From a virus (Duplodnaviria > Caudoviricetes), in IMG/VR virus record IMGVR_UViG_3300012157_000006, positions 1 to 30,664 of that record: a stretch of DNA of 30,664 nt; one strand, written 5' to 3'. Position 1 is the stretch's first letter, and every line of letters begins with the position of its first letter. Positions 1-9,024 of this stretch are shown here, piece by piece. The position numbers and the translations under genes are program-made. A model generated the notes under the pieces. It did no database searches and was not told where the DNA came from. It saw only the letters and a list, made by a program, of their open reading frames with translations.

Positions 1-172
1 CGCGTTCGTGAATCCGAACAGCGCCGACTCGCGAGATCAGTTCTGTCGAAAGACAGTGTGCAAGGTCTTCAGGAGACTCCAGTCTCGACGTTGCAGAGCG
101 GTCAGGATCAGGTAGTGTGATCGGTCCATGGTTTGTTATATCCCGTGCTTCGGTAAAGGGAGGCAACTGACG

Positions 173-820
173 ATGCTGGTTGGACTTCACGGGCGGATCG
201 AATCCGGCAAAGACCCAGTGATGAACCATCTGATCGACACGTTCGGATTCAAAGCGCTGCGATTCAGTGGAGCGCTCAAGTCCGAGGTTGCGACCAGACT
301 CCGGCAGACGGTCAAGCTGCTGACCCAGCAGGATGAGATCAACGGTCTATTGCCAAACCTGCCTGCGGACCTTCGTGTCTTCTGTACTGGAAGTTCGTCG
401 TCACCACTGACGGAGGACTTCTGGAATCGTCGGTTAGACTACGTGATGAACACTGAACGATCTCCGATCATGCGATCGCTTTTGCAGGAGTACGGATCGG
501 AGGTTCGCCGAGTCGATGATCCAGACTACTGGATAAAGCGATGGGATCAGGAGTACACTGTGCAGCACGATCTGGGTCACTGGATCGTCGTTCCGGATGT
601 CCGGTTCCCGAACGAAGCGCAGATCATTCGGGATCGAGGCGGGAAGCTGATGAAGCTGGTTCGGGATCGTCAAGCGACGTGGGCCGATGATCATCAGTCC
701 GAACACGGACTCGATCACTGGACCGAGTGGGACTGGATCATCGACAACAACGGGACATTGAATGCGCTGTTCGAAGCTGTTGATCAGTGCATGAAGGTAC
801 TGAACGAGTTGGAGGTCTGA
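173..820 (+). CDS. Deoxynucleoside monophosphate kinase (T4 gp1-like P-loop kinase)
   Basis: N-terminal P-loop VGLHGRIESGKD, then RSLLQEYGSEVRR, DYW, DVRFPNE, HQSE and IDNNGT motifs typical of phage dNMP kinases. ATG 173 follows GGGAGG (158-163), so it is preferred over the ORF-track start at 128. Confidence 0.88.
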   Translation: MLVGLHGRIESGKDPVMNHLIDTFGFKALRFSGALKSEVATRLRQTVKLLTQQDEINGLLPNLPADLRVFCTGSSSSPLTEDFWNRRLDYVMNTERSPIMRSLLQEYGSEVRRVDDPDYWIKRWDQEYTVQHDLGHWIVVPDVRFPNEAQIIRDRGGKLMKLVRDRQATWADDHQSEHGLDHWTEWDWIIDNNGTLNALFEAVDQCMKVLNELEV

Positions 821-822
821 TC

Positions 823-2604
823 GTGGCGAGACGGCGAACAGAGAAGTCAGCAGCTCACACTAGCCGTATGCTGGCGTTCGTCGTCAAGAATGGGCCTGGT
901 GGCGGTGATGTCCGATCGCGCCAGATTCGAGACCCGTTCGCCGCGTTCTATTCGCAGGGCATCGCGCTCGAACCACCGCTGCCGCCTGAACGGCTCCTGC
1001 AACTCCTGGAAGAGAACTCGATTCATGCGTCAGCCGTTCGCGCAAAGGCGGATGACGCTGCTGCCCGCGGGTTCGAGTTCGAACCACCGCCGAAGCCAGA
1101 GGGTGAAGACGTCGAGGCGCCGGTTCTGGACAAGACCTTGCCGGCCAAACTCAAGGATCTGCTGGAGGCGATCACTCCTGACTATACGTTCACGGAGATG
1201 CTGTCACAGGCCGCGACCGAACTGGAGGGCATCGGCTGGTCCGCGTGGGAAGTCGTGCGTAACGAGGACGGCACGATCGGCGCTATCTATCCGATGCCGG
1301 CTCACACACTGCGCGCGACGATCAACGATGACAAGTGGATTCAGATGCGTGCCGGCAAGATCCGGTGGTTCTCCCGATTCGGATCTGGCCTTCGTATCGA
1401 TGCAATCAATGGAGGCAGAGAGTTCGGGCCTGATGATCAGCCGGACCGCGAAACGATCGCATCCGAGGTCATCGTCTTCAAGACCTACACGCCTCGATCG
1501 CAGTGGTACGGCATTCCGAAGTGGATCGCGGCGATTCCGACGATCGCAGAGCTAACGGCTATTCGTGAGTTCAACGTCTCGTGGTTCTCGTCCGGAGGTC
1601 AGACTGATCGATCGATGCACATCACTGCGGCGGACGCCGGCAAGGCTGAGTCGATTGCAGCTAATGTCAAGGGCGAGCTGGAGGCGAACCGTGGTCTTGG
1701 CCATACGACGCTGGTCACCCACGGATCAGAAGATGTGAAGGTGCAGGTGCAGCAGTTGACACAGCAGCTTCGGGATGGTCACTTCCGATTTCGCCGGACG
1801 GACTTGATCAAGGAAGTCCTGATCGTTCACAACGTTCCTCCGTATCGTGTCGGCTGGGCGGAACTCGGATCACTCGGAGGATCGGCTGCCAAGGAGATGC
1901 TGGAGGCCTATCAGGTCGGATCAGTCGCACCTCTCCAGATCGTCCTTGAGGACCGCATCAGCGCCACGCTGTTCAATCCAGCAAAGAACGGTATCGATAC
2001 CGGAGGCTACAAGTTCAAGCTGACGCCGCTCGATACCGAGGAGCTGGCGGCTGACATGGAACGTGCTGTCAAGGGAGTCGGAGCCGCGTTGATCACGCCG
2101 AACCAAGGCCGGGAGATGATCGGCGAGGAGCGCGACGCAAACAGTCCAGCGCTGGATCAATACTACTTCAACGGTCTGCCACTGGGCCAGGCGCCGGCAG
2201 GCCCCGGCGGGATGCCGCCAGGCGGCCCCGAGGGCTCGCCTGTGACACCACCAGGCGATCAGATGTTCGAACCGACCGGAACACTCCAGGAGCGCCAAGT
2301 CTACGAACCGATCCAGCAACAGGATCGAACCCAGGAACTGCTACAGGAGTTGATCGCGGCGCTTCGTGCAGCGCTCGCAGATCCAACGATCGACATCACG
2401 AAGTCAGCATCAGACGCTGATGCACGGATCACCGCGCTGGAGAACCGAGCGCCAGCGCCGATTCACATCGAAGTCAAGCCAGCCGACGCCAATGTTCAGG
2501 TTGTCATGCCCGAAGAGAAATCGAAGACAGTGTATCGTGATGTCGTCCGCGATACCGAGGGGCGAGCCGTACAAGTGGTCGATCAGCACATCCCAGGAGA
2601 GTGA
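823..2604 (+). CDS. Phage portal protein (PBSX/HK97-like) with Pro-rich C-terminal extension
   Basis: Motifs include GWSAWEVVRNEDG..IYPMPAHTLR, EVIVFK, WYGIPKW, HNVPPYRVG and ITPNQGRE. GTG 823 follows GGAGG (811-815). It is the first gene of the head module. Confidence 0.9.
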   Translation: MARRRTEKSAAHTSRMLAFVVKNGPGGGDVRSRQIRDPFAAFYSQGIALEPPLPPERLLQLLEENSIHASAVRAKADDAAARGFEFEPPPKPEGEDVEAPVLDKTLPAKLKDLLEAITPDYTFTEMLSQAATELEGIGWSAWEVVRNEDGTIGAIYPMPAHTLRATINDDKWIQMRAGKIRWFSRFGSGLRIDAINGGREFGPDDQPDRETIASEVIVFKTYTPRSQWYGIPKWIAAIPTIAELTAIREFNVSWFSSGGQTDRSMHITAADAGKAESIAANVKGELEANRGLGHTTLVTHGSEDVKVQVQQLTQQLRDGHFRFRRTDLIKEVLIVHNVPPYRVGWAELGSLGGSAAKEMLEAYQVGSVAPLQIVLEDRISATLFNPAKNGIDTGGYKFKLTPLDTEELAADMERAVKGVGAALITPNQGREMIGEERDANSPALDQYYFNGLPLGQAPAGPGGMPPGGPEGSPVTPPGDQMFEPTGTLQERQVYEPIQQQDRTQELLQELIAALRAALADPTIDITKSASDADARITALENRAPAPIHIEVKPADANVQVVMPEEKSKTVYRDVVRDTEGRAVQVVDQHIPGE

Positions 2605-2608
2605 AGCC

Positions 2609-2941
2609 ATGGCGCAAGCGCTGGAGTTCAAGAACGAGAAGCCGGATGAAGGATCAAACCCGAAGAAGGTTCTGCCTGGTGTCGTCACTGCGAAGGCCGA
2701 GTCCTTTCCAGTCGCCGCAGCGCCTCGGCTCGGGCGTACGTCTCCGCCTCCGATGGACCCGCAACAGGTGTTCAACGACCCAGACGAAACGGAGAAGTCC
2801 GTCTTCGATCTGAAGATGAAGACCAAGGGGTTTTTCGTGAAGACCGACCCTCTGTTCGCTGATGTTCTATCGATGCCGATGGCTATGAGCGCTCAGGAGA
2901 AGCTGGACGCCGAGGCCGAGGCCAAGCCGGAAGCCGAGTAA
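2609..2941 (+). CDS. Hypothetical protein (110 aa, Pro/Glu/Lys-rich)
   Basis: ATG 2609 follows AGGAG, directly after the portal stop. No recognisable domain. Confidence 0.6.
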   Translation: MAQALEFKNEKPDEGSNPKKVLPGVVTAKAESFPVAAAPRLGRTSPPPMDPQQVFNDPDETEKSVFDLKMKTKGFFVKTDPLFADVLSMPMAMSAQEKLDAEAEAKPEAE

Positions 2942-2947
2942 CGTCCG

Positions 2948-3304
2948 CTGGCACTGCTAGAACCGGCTGGAGCGCTCGCAGTCCTGACGTGGCTGCTTTC
3001 GGAGCCGATCACGCTTCGGCTGGTGTCTACCCTGCGATGGACAGAGGTCGAAGGTTTCGGCTACAAGCCAGTCTCGCTCAAGCCGAGAGGGTGGTCGATC
3101 GACAAGAAGGACATTAGCGCTGAGGCTGAACAGGTCAAGTGGTCGTTTACCGGGAAGCTGGGCCGCGTAGCGGGATTCACACTGGAAATGGAAGACGGGA
3201 CGATGCTTTGGCGTGAACCGTTCCAGACGGCAATTGACATCAAGAACAAGGGCGACATCCTGGGCTTCCGCCCTCGGGTTCGCTACGCGACAAGGAGTGA
3301 GTGA
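2948..3304 (+). CDS. Small virion structural protein (fibre/adaptor-like); start uncertain (CTG 2948 or GTG 3023)
   Basis: The pattern GYxPVxL..W..FTG..G.VAGF..G..LW.E.F..I...GD....P resembles small phage structural proteins. The frame is open upstream of GTG 3023 back to the TAA at 2939-2941. Confidence 0.55.
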   Translation: MALLEPAGALAVLTWLLSEPITLRLVSTLRWTEVEGFGYKPVSLKPRGWSIDKKDISAEAEQVKWSFTGKLGRVAGFTLEMEDGTMLWREPFQTAIDIKNKGDILGFRPRVRYATRSE

Positions 3305-4182
3305 TGAGCGTCAACAAGGTCGTCCATTCGTACGTCACCGCCAGGCCGGAGAGCGCGGACCCAGACGATGTCAGCCGCGACGCATGGAACGCAGAGCATG
3401 TGATCGCCGTTCCGTTCGGTCAGTGCAAGCTGACGTTCATCAATGCGACGACGCTACGGCTCGTTCCGCACAAGGGCAACCTCCTGTTCATTCCGGGAAC
3501 AGCGCCATTCCTGTTCGAGATCCCAGCGGCCGGCATCGATGTCGACACCACGGGGCTCGCGGCCGACACGACGTACCTCGCCTATGTGTCGTTCGACGGC
3601 ATGGACCTGGTGCTGGCGCTGTCTCCTACGGCCCATTCGACCGACGCGAACACAGGCGCGGAGATCAAGACTGGCGACGACGAGAGCGTGTTGGTCGGTA
3701 CCGTCCGGACGACAAGTGGCACTCAGTTCGCCAACTCTGCTCTCCAGCGGTTCGTTGCGTCGTGGTTCAACGACGAAGACGAGGGGATGACGGCGCCTGC
3801 GACCGCGGATCGCACGACAAGCACGACTGGATCGTTCGTGGAGATTCACACAGAGTTGCGACTGGAGTTCGTCACGTTTGCGAATCGCGCGGTCTCTGTC
3901 ACTGCGCACGCCAAGCTGTTCACTGACACGAACGGGAAGAACATCAGCGTGTCAATTGGATTCGATGGCATAACCGCAGAGGACACCAGTGCATCCGCCT
4001 TCACCACGAACGCTGGGGAGTCGACGGCCAACGGCTGCGCAAGCATCACGAAGCGCCTGTCCGAGGGATACCACTACGCGACGATGCTGATCAGGTTGGA
4101 CGCTGGTACGGGGAATGGTGGAGTGGCAGGCAGCGCGACCGTTGGACTTCGCAGCACGATGCAAGGGCGTGTTCGAGTCTAA
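3304..4182 (+). CDS. Putative virion fibre/decoration protein
   Basis: The N-terminal VVHSYVTARPESADPDDVSRDAWNAEH motif is of a kind seen in phage fibre proteins, and the C-terminus is Thr/Ala/Gly-rich and beta-strand-like. Its start overlaps the preceding stop. Confidence 0.6.
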   Translation: MSVNKVVHSYVTARPESADPDDVSRDAWNAEHVIAVPFGQCKLTFINATTLRLVPHKGNLLFIPGTAPFLFEIPAAGIDVDTTGLAADTTYLAYVSFDGMDLVLALSPTAHSTDANTGAEIKTGDDESVLVGTVRTTSGTQFANSALQRFVASWFNDEDEGMTAPATADRTTSTTGSFVEIHTELRLEFVTFANRAVSVTAHAKLFTDTNGKNISVSIGFDGITAEDTSASAFTTNAGESTANGCASITKRLSEGYHYATMLIRLDAGTGNGGVAGSATVGLRSTMQGRVRV

Positions 4183-4185
4183 TCG

Positions 4186-4662
4186 ATGGCCGATTACGTC
4201 AATGTACCGGAGCTGCCGGACGGCCCAGATGTTGTCCGGATCGACAACAAGGAAGTCGATTACGGTGGCGGTGACATCCGGTACCGGCAGAGAACCCAGA
4301 TCACTGGTGACGCGGTCGGTGATGCAGTGCAGCCAAAGGACTCGCCGGTCGATGGCACAGAGTTCGCGCTGCCCACCAGGAACATTGAAGAGTCGGCCGC
4401 GAGTGCAACGGTTACGTCAGTTGCGCAGAACGCGGCCTCTGTCTCGCTGCTTGCGGCCGACGCGACTCGCCGCGGAACCGTGATCTATAACAACGCGCCA
4501 GTGCCGCTCTTCGTCAAGCTGGGCGCGGGAGCGTCGGCGGCGAGTTTCACGAACCGTATCCTGGGCAATGGGTACTGGGAAGTACCGTTCCGATTCACCG
4601 GAGACATCACTGGAATATGGCTGGCGGCTGGTGCTGGAGCCGCACTCATAACGTCGGTCTGA
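4186..4662 (+). CDS. Putative virion decoration protein with C-terminal small beta-sandwich
   Basis: Its C-terminal ~75 aa (TSVAQNAASVSLLAADATRRGTVIYN..LFVKLG..FTGDITGIW) is paralogous to the C-terminus of the next gene. Confidence 0.6.
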   Translation: MADYVNVPELPDGPDVVRIDNKEVDYGGGDIRYRQRTQITGDAVGDAVQPKDSPVDGTEFALPTRNIEESAASATVTSVAQNAASVSLLAADATRRGTVIYNNAPVPLFVKLGAGASAASFTNRILGNGYWEVPFRFTGDITGIWLAAGAGAALITSV

Positions 4663-4673
4663 GGAGAGTTGAA

Positions 4674-6905
4674 ATGGTAAACGTGTTCCGAGTCCTGCTG
4701 CTGATCCTTCTACTGGCGTCTACTGCCTACGCGCAAGTCACGCCCGAAGGCTACATCGATCAGGACACATTCTCCAGCTCGACGGTGTTGACGCCACAAG
4801 GGTGCGTCTTCGACGACGGTCTGAGCGCGCTCGCGTCGGGCACGCTGGGCACGTGCCGCACGACTCCCAACAGGGCGCCACACATCAACTTGAGGAACGA
4901 CGCCGGTACGGAGATCGGTACGGCCGGCGCTCCAATACGTGTGGACCCGACAGGAACGACAACTCAGTCGGTTAGCATTCCGGATCTCGTTACTTCCGGC
5001 TCGATCACCAGCACAGAGTCGGTGACGCTGGCTTCCACTGGCGCTGCTGGCATCAAGTTCTCGATCACGGGCACGTGGACCGGAACGATCAAGCTGGAAC
5101 AGACGATTGACGGGTCAACGTACTTCTCGTTCGCAGCACTTCCGTTCTCACAACTATCGCCCCAGAACAGCAACGCCCTGGCGGGCTCCTTCACGGCGAA
5201 CGGCCAGTGGTTGTCTCTGCTCGCTGGCGTGCAGAGTGTCCGGTTGCGAGGGGATTCCGTAACGTCCGGCACGGCCGTCGTGACGATTCGTGCTTCGCAG
5301 TTTGCTCCTCTCGCCGCGGTGTTCACGGTCAATGACGGATTCGTCGACGTCAACAACTCGACGACGACGCCGCTTGGTAGTGGAGGCACGTTCACTGGAG
5401 CCGCGACCGATATGCTCCCGTACATGTCGGGCAGGGTGAACATCTTCACTGATGTGGACTCCGCTACTGATGGCGTCAAACTGCAGTTCAGCTCTGATGG
5501 CATCAACTGGGATCACGTCAGGACCGCCACCTTCGACACTGCGGATGTCAGCATGCTCGCGCCCTTCGGTCGAACAGCACGATACTTCCGGCTGGTCTAC
5601 ACCAATGGCGGTTCTGCCCAGGGCGCATTCCGTGTCCAGACAATCATGCAACGTGACTCAGTGGACTTTTCGCGAGCGTTCATCAACACACCGCCCGACT
5701 TTAGTGATACAGCGCTCCTGGCGCAATCGGTCATCATTGGAGAGACGACAGCAGGCGGAGGCTCGTTCGTCGGGGTCAAGGTCAATCCGAGCGGCTCGCT
5801 GACGGTCGCTGGAACGGCAGACACTGAGCTTCCACCAGCAGCGCTGCTGAGTGACGATACCGTGAATCCCACGGTGCCGGCAGTCGGCTCGTTTGGCCAC
5901 GTCTGGGACGGCGCGACCTGGGACAGGATGCCCGGCAGCAGCGCCGACGGAGTGCTGGTCAACCTGGGTACCAACAACGACGTAACGGTGACAGGGACCG
6001 TGACGGCCAACCAAGGAACAGCCGCGGTCGCTACGGGCGGGTGGCCGATCGCTGCGGGAGTGACAGCCGAATCGACGGCTACCTGGACGTCGGCGACCGG
6101 AGTGAACACGACGTTGACAGTGGCGCTTGCCAATCAGTATCAGGCGACCCGAATCTCGGGCACGGTCACGGGTTCTATCTCAAGCGGCTCGGCCCTCTTC
6201 GAGGGGTCGACTGACGGGTCCGTGTACCAGACACTCGCGTGCTTCGAGTTCATGGGTACGACGACGCTGACAACCTCTCGGCTGCTGCTCGCCGGATACG
6301 CGATCACGACCGGAAACTCGCGGACGTTCCTGTGCCAGTCGACGGGGCTGACGAACGTGCGGTTGCGGCTGAACCCAGTCATCGTGGGGGCGGGCTCGAT
6401 CGACTTCAGAGTGATTGGAGTGGCGCACCCTGCGCACGGCCGCGTGACCGTGGTTCCCGAAAACACTATGACCGGAGCCGTGGGTTCGACGCTAGCGTGG
6501 CTTCCTGCAATGCCAGCTGTTGCCAATACAGCCGCGCCTTCCAGAACCGAGGCGGAAGCAAGTCCGCTATCGGTCGATAGCTTTGGTAAGTTGCGGGTGA
6601 TCACTGATACATCATCATTCATCAGCTTGCAGCGGGCGACAGTGTCGGCCGTGACGTCAGTGGCAGCCTCGGCATCTAACGTGACCTGCCTTGCCTCGAA
6701 TGCAAACCGGCTAGGAGCGACGATCTCGAATGACTCGACGGCAGACCTGTTCTTGAAGCTAGGGTCGACAGCGTCCTCGTCGAGCTACACGGTGAGGCTG
6801 TTTCAGGATTCCTACTTCAGGGCCCCGGCGGGGTACACTGGGGTTATCGACTGTATCTGGGCATCGGCGACAGGGAACGCTCGCGTGACGGAGTTGACAC
6901 CATGA
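4674..6905 (+). CDS. Large Thr/Ser/Gly-rich multi-beta-sandwich protein with predicted Sec signal peptide (fibre/adhesin-like)
   Basis: ATG 4674 follows GAGGAG. The N-terminus MVNVFRVLLLILLLASTAYA|Q has n/h/c regions and an AxA site. There are three (E/Q)xxxDGxx(W/Y) motifs (EQTIDGSTY, QFSSDGINW, EGSTDGSVY). Confidence 0.65.
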   Translation: MVNVFRVLLLILLLASTAYAQVTPEGYIDQDTFSSSTVLTPQGCVFDDGLSALASGTLGTCRTTPNRAPHINLRNDAGTEIGTAGAPIRVDPTGTTTQSVSIPDLVTSGSITSTESVTLASTGAAGIKFSITGTWTGTIKLEQTIDGSTYFSFAALPFSQLSPQNSNALAGSFTANGQWLSLLAGVQSVRLRGDSVTSGTAVVTIRASQFAPLAAVFTVNDGFVDVNNSTTTPLGSGGTFTGAATDMLPYMSGRVNIFTDVDSATDGVKLQFSSDGINWDHVRTATFDTADVSMLAPFGRTARYFRLVYTNGGSAQGAFRVQTIMQRDSVDFSRAFINTPPDFSDTALLAQSVIIGETTAGGGSFVGVKVNPSGSLTVAGTADTELPPAALLSDDTVNPTVPAVGSFGHVWDGATWDRMPGSSADGVLVNLGTNNDVTVTGTVTANQGTAAVATGGWPIAAGVTAESTATWTSATGVNTTLTVALANQYQATRISGTVTGSISSGSALFEGSTDGSVYQTLACFEFMGTTTLTTSRLLLAGYAITTGNSRTFLCQSTGLTNVRLRLNPVIVGAGSIDFRVIGVAHPAHGRVTVVPENTMTGAVGSTLAWLPAMPAVANTAAPSRTEAEASPLSVDSFGKLRVITDTSSFISLQRATVSAVTSVAASASNVTCLASNANRLGATISNDSTADLFLKLGSTASSSSYTVRLFQDSYFRAPAGYTGVIDCIWASATGNARVTELTP

Positions 6906-7390
6906 AGATTCTTCTATCGGCTGTCGCAGCGCTACTCATCCTTGCTGTTGTTCCTGCCTATGGTGAGGTGGATGTCATCCATCCGCCGGGTGTTCTACTC
7001 CAGGAGGAGGGCTCTGACCAAGGCCGTGCTCGAACACTCAACTGTGTTGGCACTGGCATCGCATGCACTTTTTCAAGCGGAGTTGGTACAGTCACCGTCA
7101 GTTCTGGGTCTGTGACGGCGACCCAGATCACGATCGACTTCGCGACCTGCGGGCTCGGAAGTGCTGTAGGGAAGCTGACGTGTCAGGTGACGGTGATTGA
7201 TGCCGGCGTATCATCGTCCTCCAAGATCCTGTTGAGCCAGGCGAGTCCCGGCGCTGGACGCCAGGATGATGAAGACGAGATGGATTTCCTCACGTGTCGA
7301 GCCGTCCCAGCATCAGGCCAGTTCGTGTTGTACTGTGACTCCGCGTCAGTGACCCACTCAACCTGGAAGATCAACTACGTGATAGGATGA
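6902..7390 (+). CDS. Hypothetical structural-like protein with predicted signal peptide, Cys-rich
   Basis: N-terminus MKILLSAVAALLILAVVPAYG|E, ATGA overlap with the previous gene, six Cys, and a LQEEG..TLNCVG motif resembling fibre segments. Confidence 0.6.
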   Translation: MKILLSAVAALLILAVVPAYGEVDVIHPPGVLLQEEGSDQGRARTLNCVGTGIACTFSSGVGTVTVSSGSVTATQITIDFATCGLGSAVGKLTCQVTVIDAGVSSSSKILLSQASPGAGRQDDEDEMDFLTCRAVPASGQFVLYCDSASVTHSTWKINYVIG

Positions 7391-8073
7391 AGCTGATGAA
7401 AACCGAACGAGTGCTTGCTGTTGCATTGTGCCTCCTGCTCTCGGTGTTCTTCATGGGCGCCATTGTCCAGAGTTCAAAGGATGCCGGGAGTCTCCTGACG
7501 ATCGATCCTACATCGAAGGCCGCGAGAGCGACGCTCTATCGTTCAGCGAGTGAGGAGGTATCGCCGTCGTTTTTCGCTAGCTTCTCCAATGTTACTGGTG
7601 GAGGCACGATTGCTCCTCCAGCGTGGACTGTGTGCATGTTCGGCTCCGTCGCAAAGGTGATCAAGGTTCGGTCGATCATCGTGAACCCATCACAGTCGAC
7701 CACGCCCGGCATATCGGCCTTCTTTATCGATAGAACAGTGCCCAGTGGGCAGCTCGAATCAACGCAACATCTCATACGACACGACACGCATTCAGCGGGA
7801 TCAGCGGTGTTCAGCATTCACGTACCGACTAGCGGGCTAACGCCCACGAACAATCTTCGGCTGAGGTTGGATAGAATCGTCTTTCCAATTCTGACTTCTG
7901 TCGTGCGACCTAGCTACGACATGCTAAAGGATCTTCATAAGTACGGAGCGAAGCCCATCACTCTCAGGGCACACGATGAAGTACTGTGCGTGGGATACCA
8001 GTCCGGCGCTGGAACACTGCAAAACGTGCGAGTCAATCTGGAGTGGACCGAGAACGACAAGGAGGGTTACTGA
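7387..8073 (+). CDS. Hypothetical structural-like protein with hydrophobic leader; paralog of next gene
   Basis: Leader ..RVLAVALCLLLSVFFMGA, then IVQS..LTIDPTSKAARATLY, FGS..K.I.V, PITLR..E.LC and WTE, all shared with 8075..8767. Confidence 0.6.
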   Translation: MKLMKTERVLAVALCLLLSVFFMGAIVQSSKDAGSLLTIDPTSKAARATLYRSASEEVSPSFFASFSNVTGGGTIAPPAWTVCMFGSVAKVIKVRSIIVNPSQSTTPGISAFFIDRTVPSGQLESTQHLIRHDTHSAGSAVFSIHVPTSGLTPTNNLRLRLDRIVFPILTSVVRPSYDMLKDLHKYGAKPITLRAHDEVLCVGYQSGAGTLQNVRVNLEWTENDKEGY

Positions 8074-8074
8074 G

Positions 8075-8767
8075 ATGAAGAAGGCGTGGAAGGCGATCGT
8101 ACTCCGTTTCCAAGCAGCGTCGATGGTGCTGTTGCTCGGGCTGCTCATGATGGGCGCAGTCATCCAGTCCGGTGCGACGTCCGACAACTGGACGATCGAC
8201 CCGACATCGAAGGCTGGACGCGTCACACTGTACGACTCGACTGGAAGAGAAGTCAGCTCTCAGTCGAAGGCGACGTACTCGGCAGCGAGTGGAGTCTACA
8301 CACCTCCGGCAACGCCGACCGACAGTTTTTGCATCTTCGGGTCGGCGAGCAAGACGGTCCGTGTGGTCTCGTTCAGCAACTCGAACCTCCAGACAACGGC
8401 TGGCATCAATCTGTGGGTTGTTGCCAAGCGGTCTACTGCGGACACCGCCGGGACTCCGGTCGCAGCGACGCGGGTGCCTCACGATAGCGATGACGCCGCT
8501 GCCACGGCTACAGTCTCTCACTACACAGCCAATCCGACGACAGGTTCGCTGATCGGCAACGTCAGATCAGAGCGCGTTCTAGCGCCCGCTGCTGGTTCTG
8601 TCGTCGGCCCGGTGACCTACGATTTCTTGGCGTTCGGAGCAGCTACGTTACTTGACCGGCCCGTGACGCTTCGAGGTACCGGGGAAGGGTTGTGTCTCAA
8701 CTTCGCTGGAGCGGCATTGCCGGCTGGGTCAACGTGGGCAGGTAACGTCACATGGACCGAGGAGTAA
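8075..8767 (+). CDS. Hypothetical structural-like protein with hydrophobic leader; paralog of previous gene
   Basis: ATG 8075 follows GGAGG. Sequence MKKAWK..MVLLLGLLMMGA-VIQSG..WTIDPTSKAGRVTLY..PVTLRGTGEGLC..WTEE. Confidence 0.62.
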   Translation: MKKAWKAIVLRFQAASMVLLLGLLMMGAVIQSGATSDNWTIDPTSKAGRVTLYDSTGREVSSQSKATYSAASGVYTPPATPTDSFCIFGSASKTVRVVSFSNSNLQTTAGINLWVVAKRSTADTAGTPVAATRVPHDSDDAAATATVSHYTANPTTGSLIGNVRSERVLAPAAGSVVGPVTYDFLAFGAATLLDRPVTLRGTGEGLCLNFAGAALPAGSTWAGNVTWTEE

Positions 8768-8778
8768 AGGAGGATCGC

Positions 8779-8976
8779 ATGGGAGTGATGCTCAGGAACG
8801 CATGGACGACGATCATCGGGTTTCTTCTGGGCGCGGCGACATACCTGTCGACGACGGGCATGAAGTTCCCCGAGACGAAGGGGGAGTGGGGATCGCTGCT
8901 GGTCGGCGTGCTGATGGCCGGCATGGGCGTCGTCGCGAAGGACGCTACGACGGGCTCGAAGCCTCCAGCTGCATAA
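8779..8976 (+). CDS. Small two-TM membrane protein, holin-like
   Basis: 65 aa with AGGAGG RBS and two hydrophobic segments. The NAWTTIIG ... GxGxxAKD pattern is typical of small phage holin-like proteins. Confidence 0.55.
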   Translation: MGVMLRNAWTTIIGFLLGAATYLSTTGMKFPETKGEWGSLLVGVLMAGMGVVAKDATTGSKPPAA

Positions 8977-8985
8977 GGACTAGAA

Positions 8986-9016
8986 TGCTAGGCTCCCAGA
9001 CACCGGGAGCCTAGCA
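8986..9016. terminator. Perfect 12-bp inverted repeat (possible terminator or processing stem)
   Basis: TGCTAGGCTCCC-agacacc-GGGAGCCTAGCA, intergenic, with no U-tract. Confidence 0.45.
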
Positions 9017-9024
9017 GCCGCGTC

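Noticed and set aside
1-120. 3' end of an upstream gene (possibly terminase)
   Set aside because: Two frames are open for under 40 codons with no recognisable motif, so it cannot be assigned.
8779-8790. Lambda S-type holin dual start (M-G-V-M)
   Set aside because: There is no positively charged residue between the two Met codons, and holin identity itself is uncertain.
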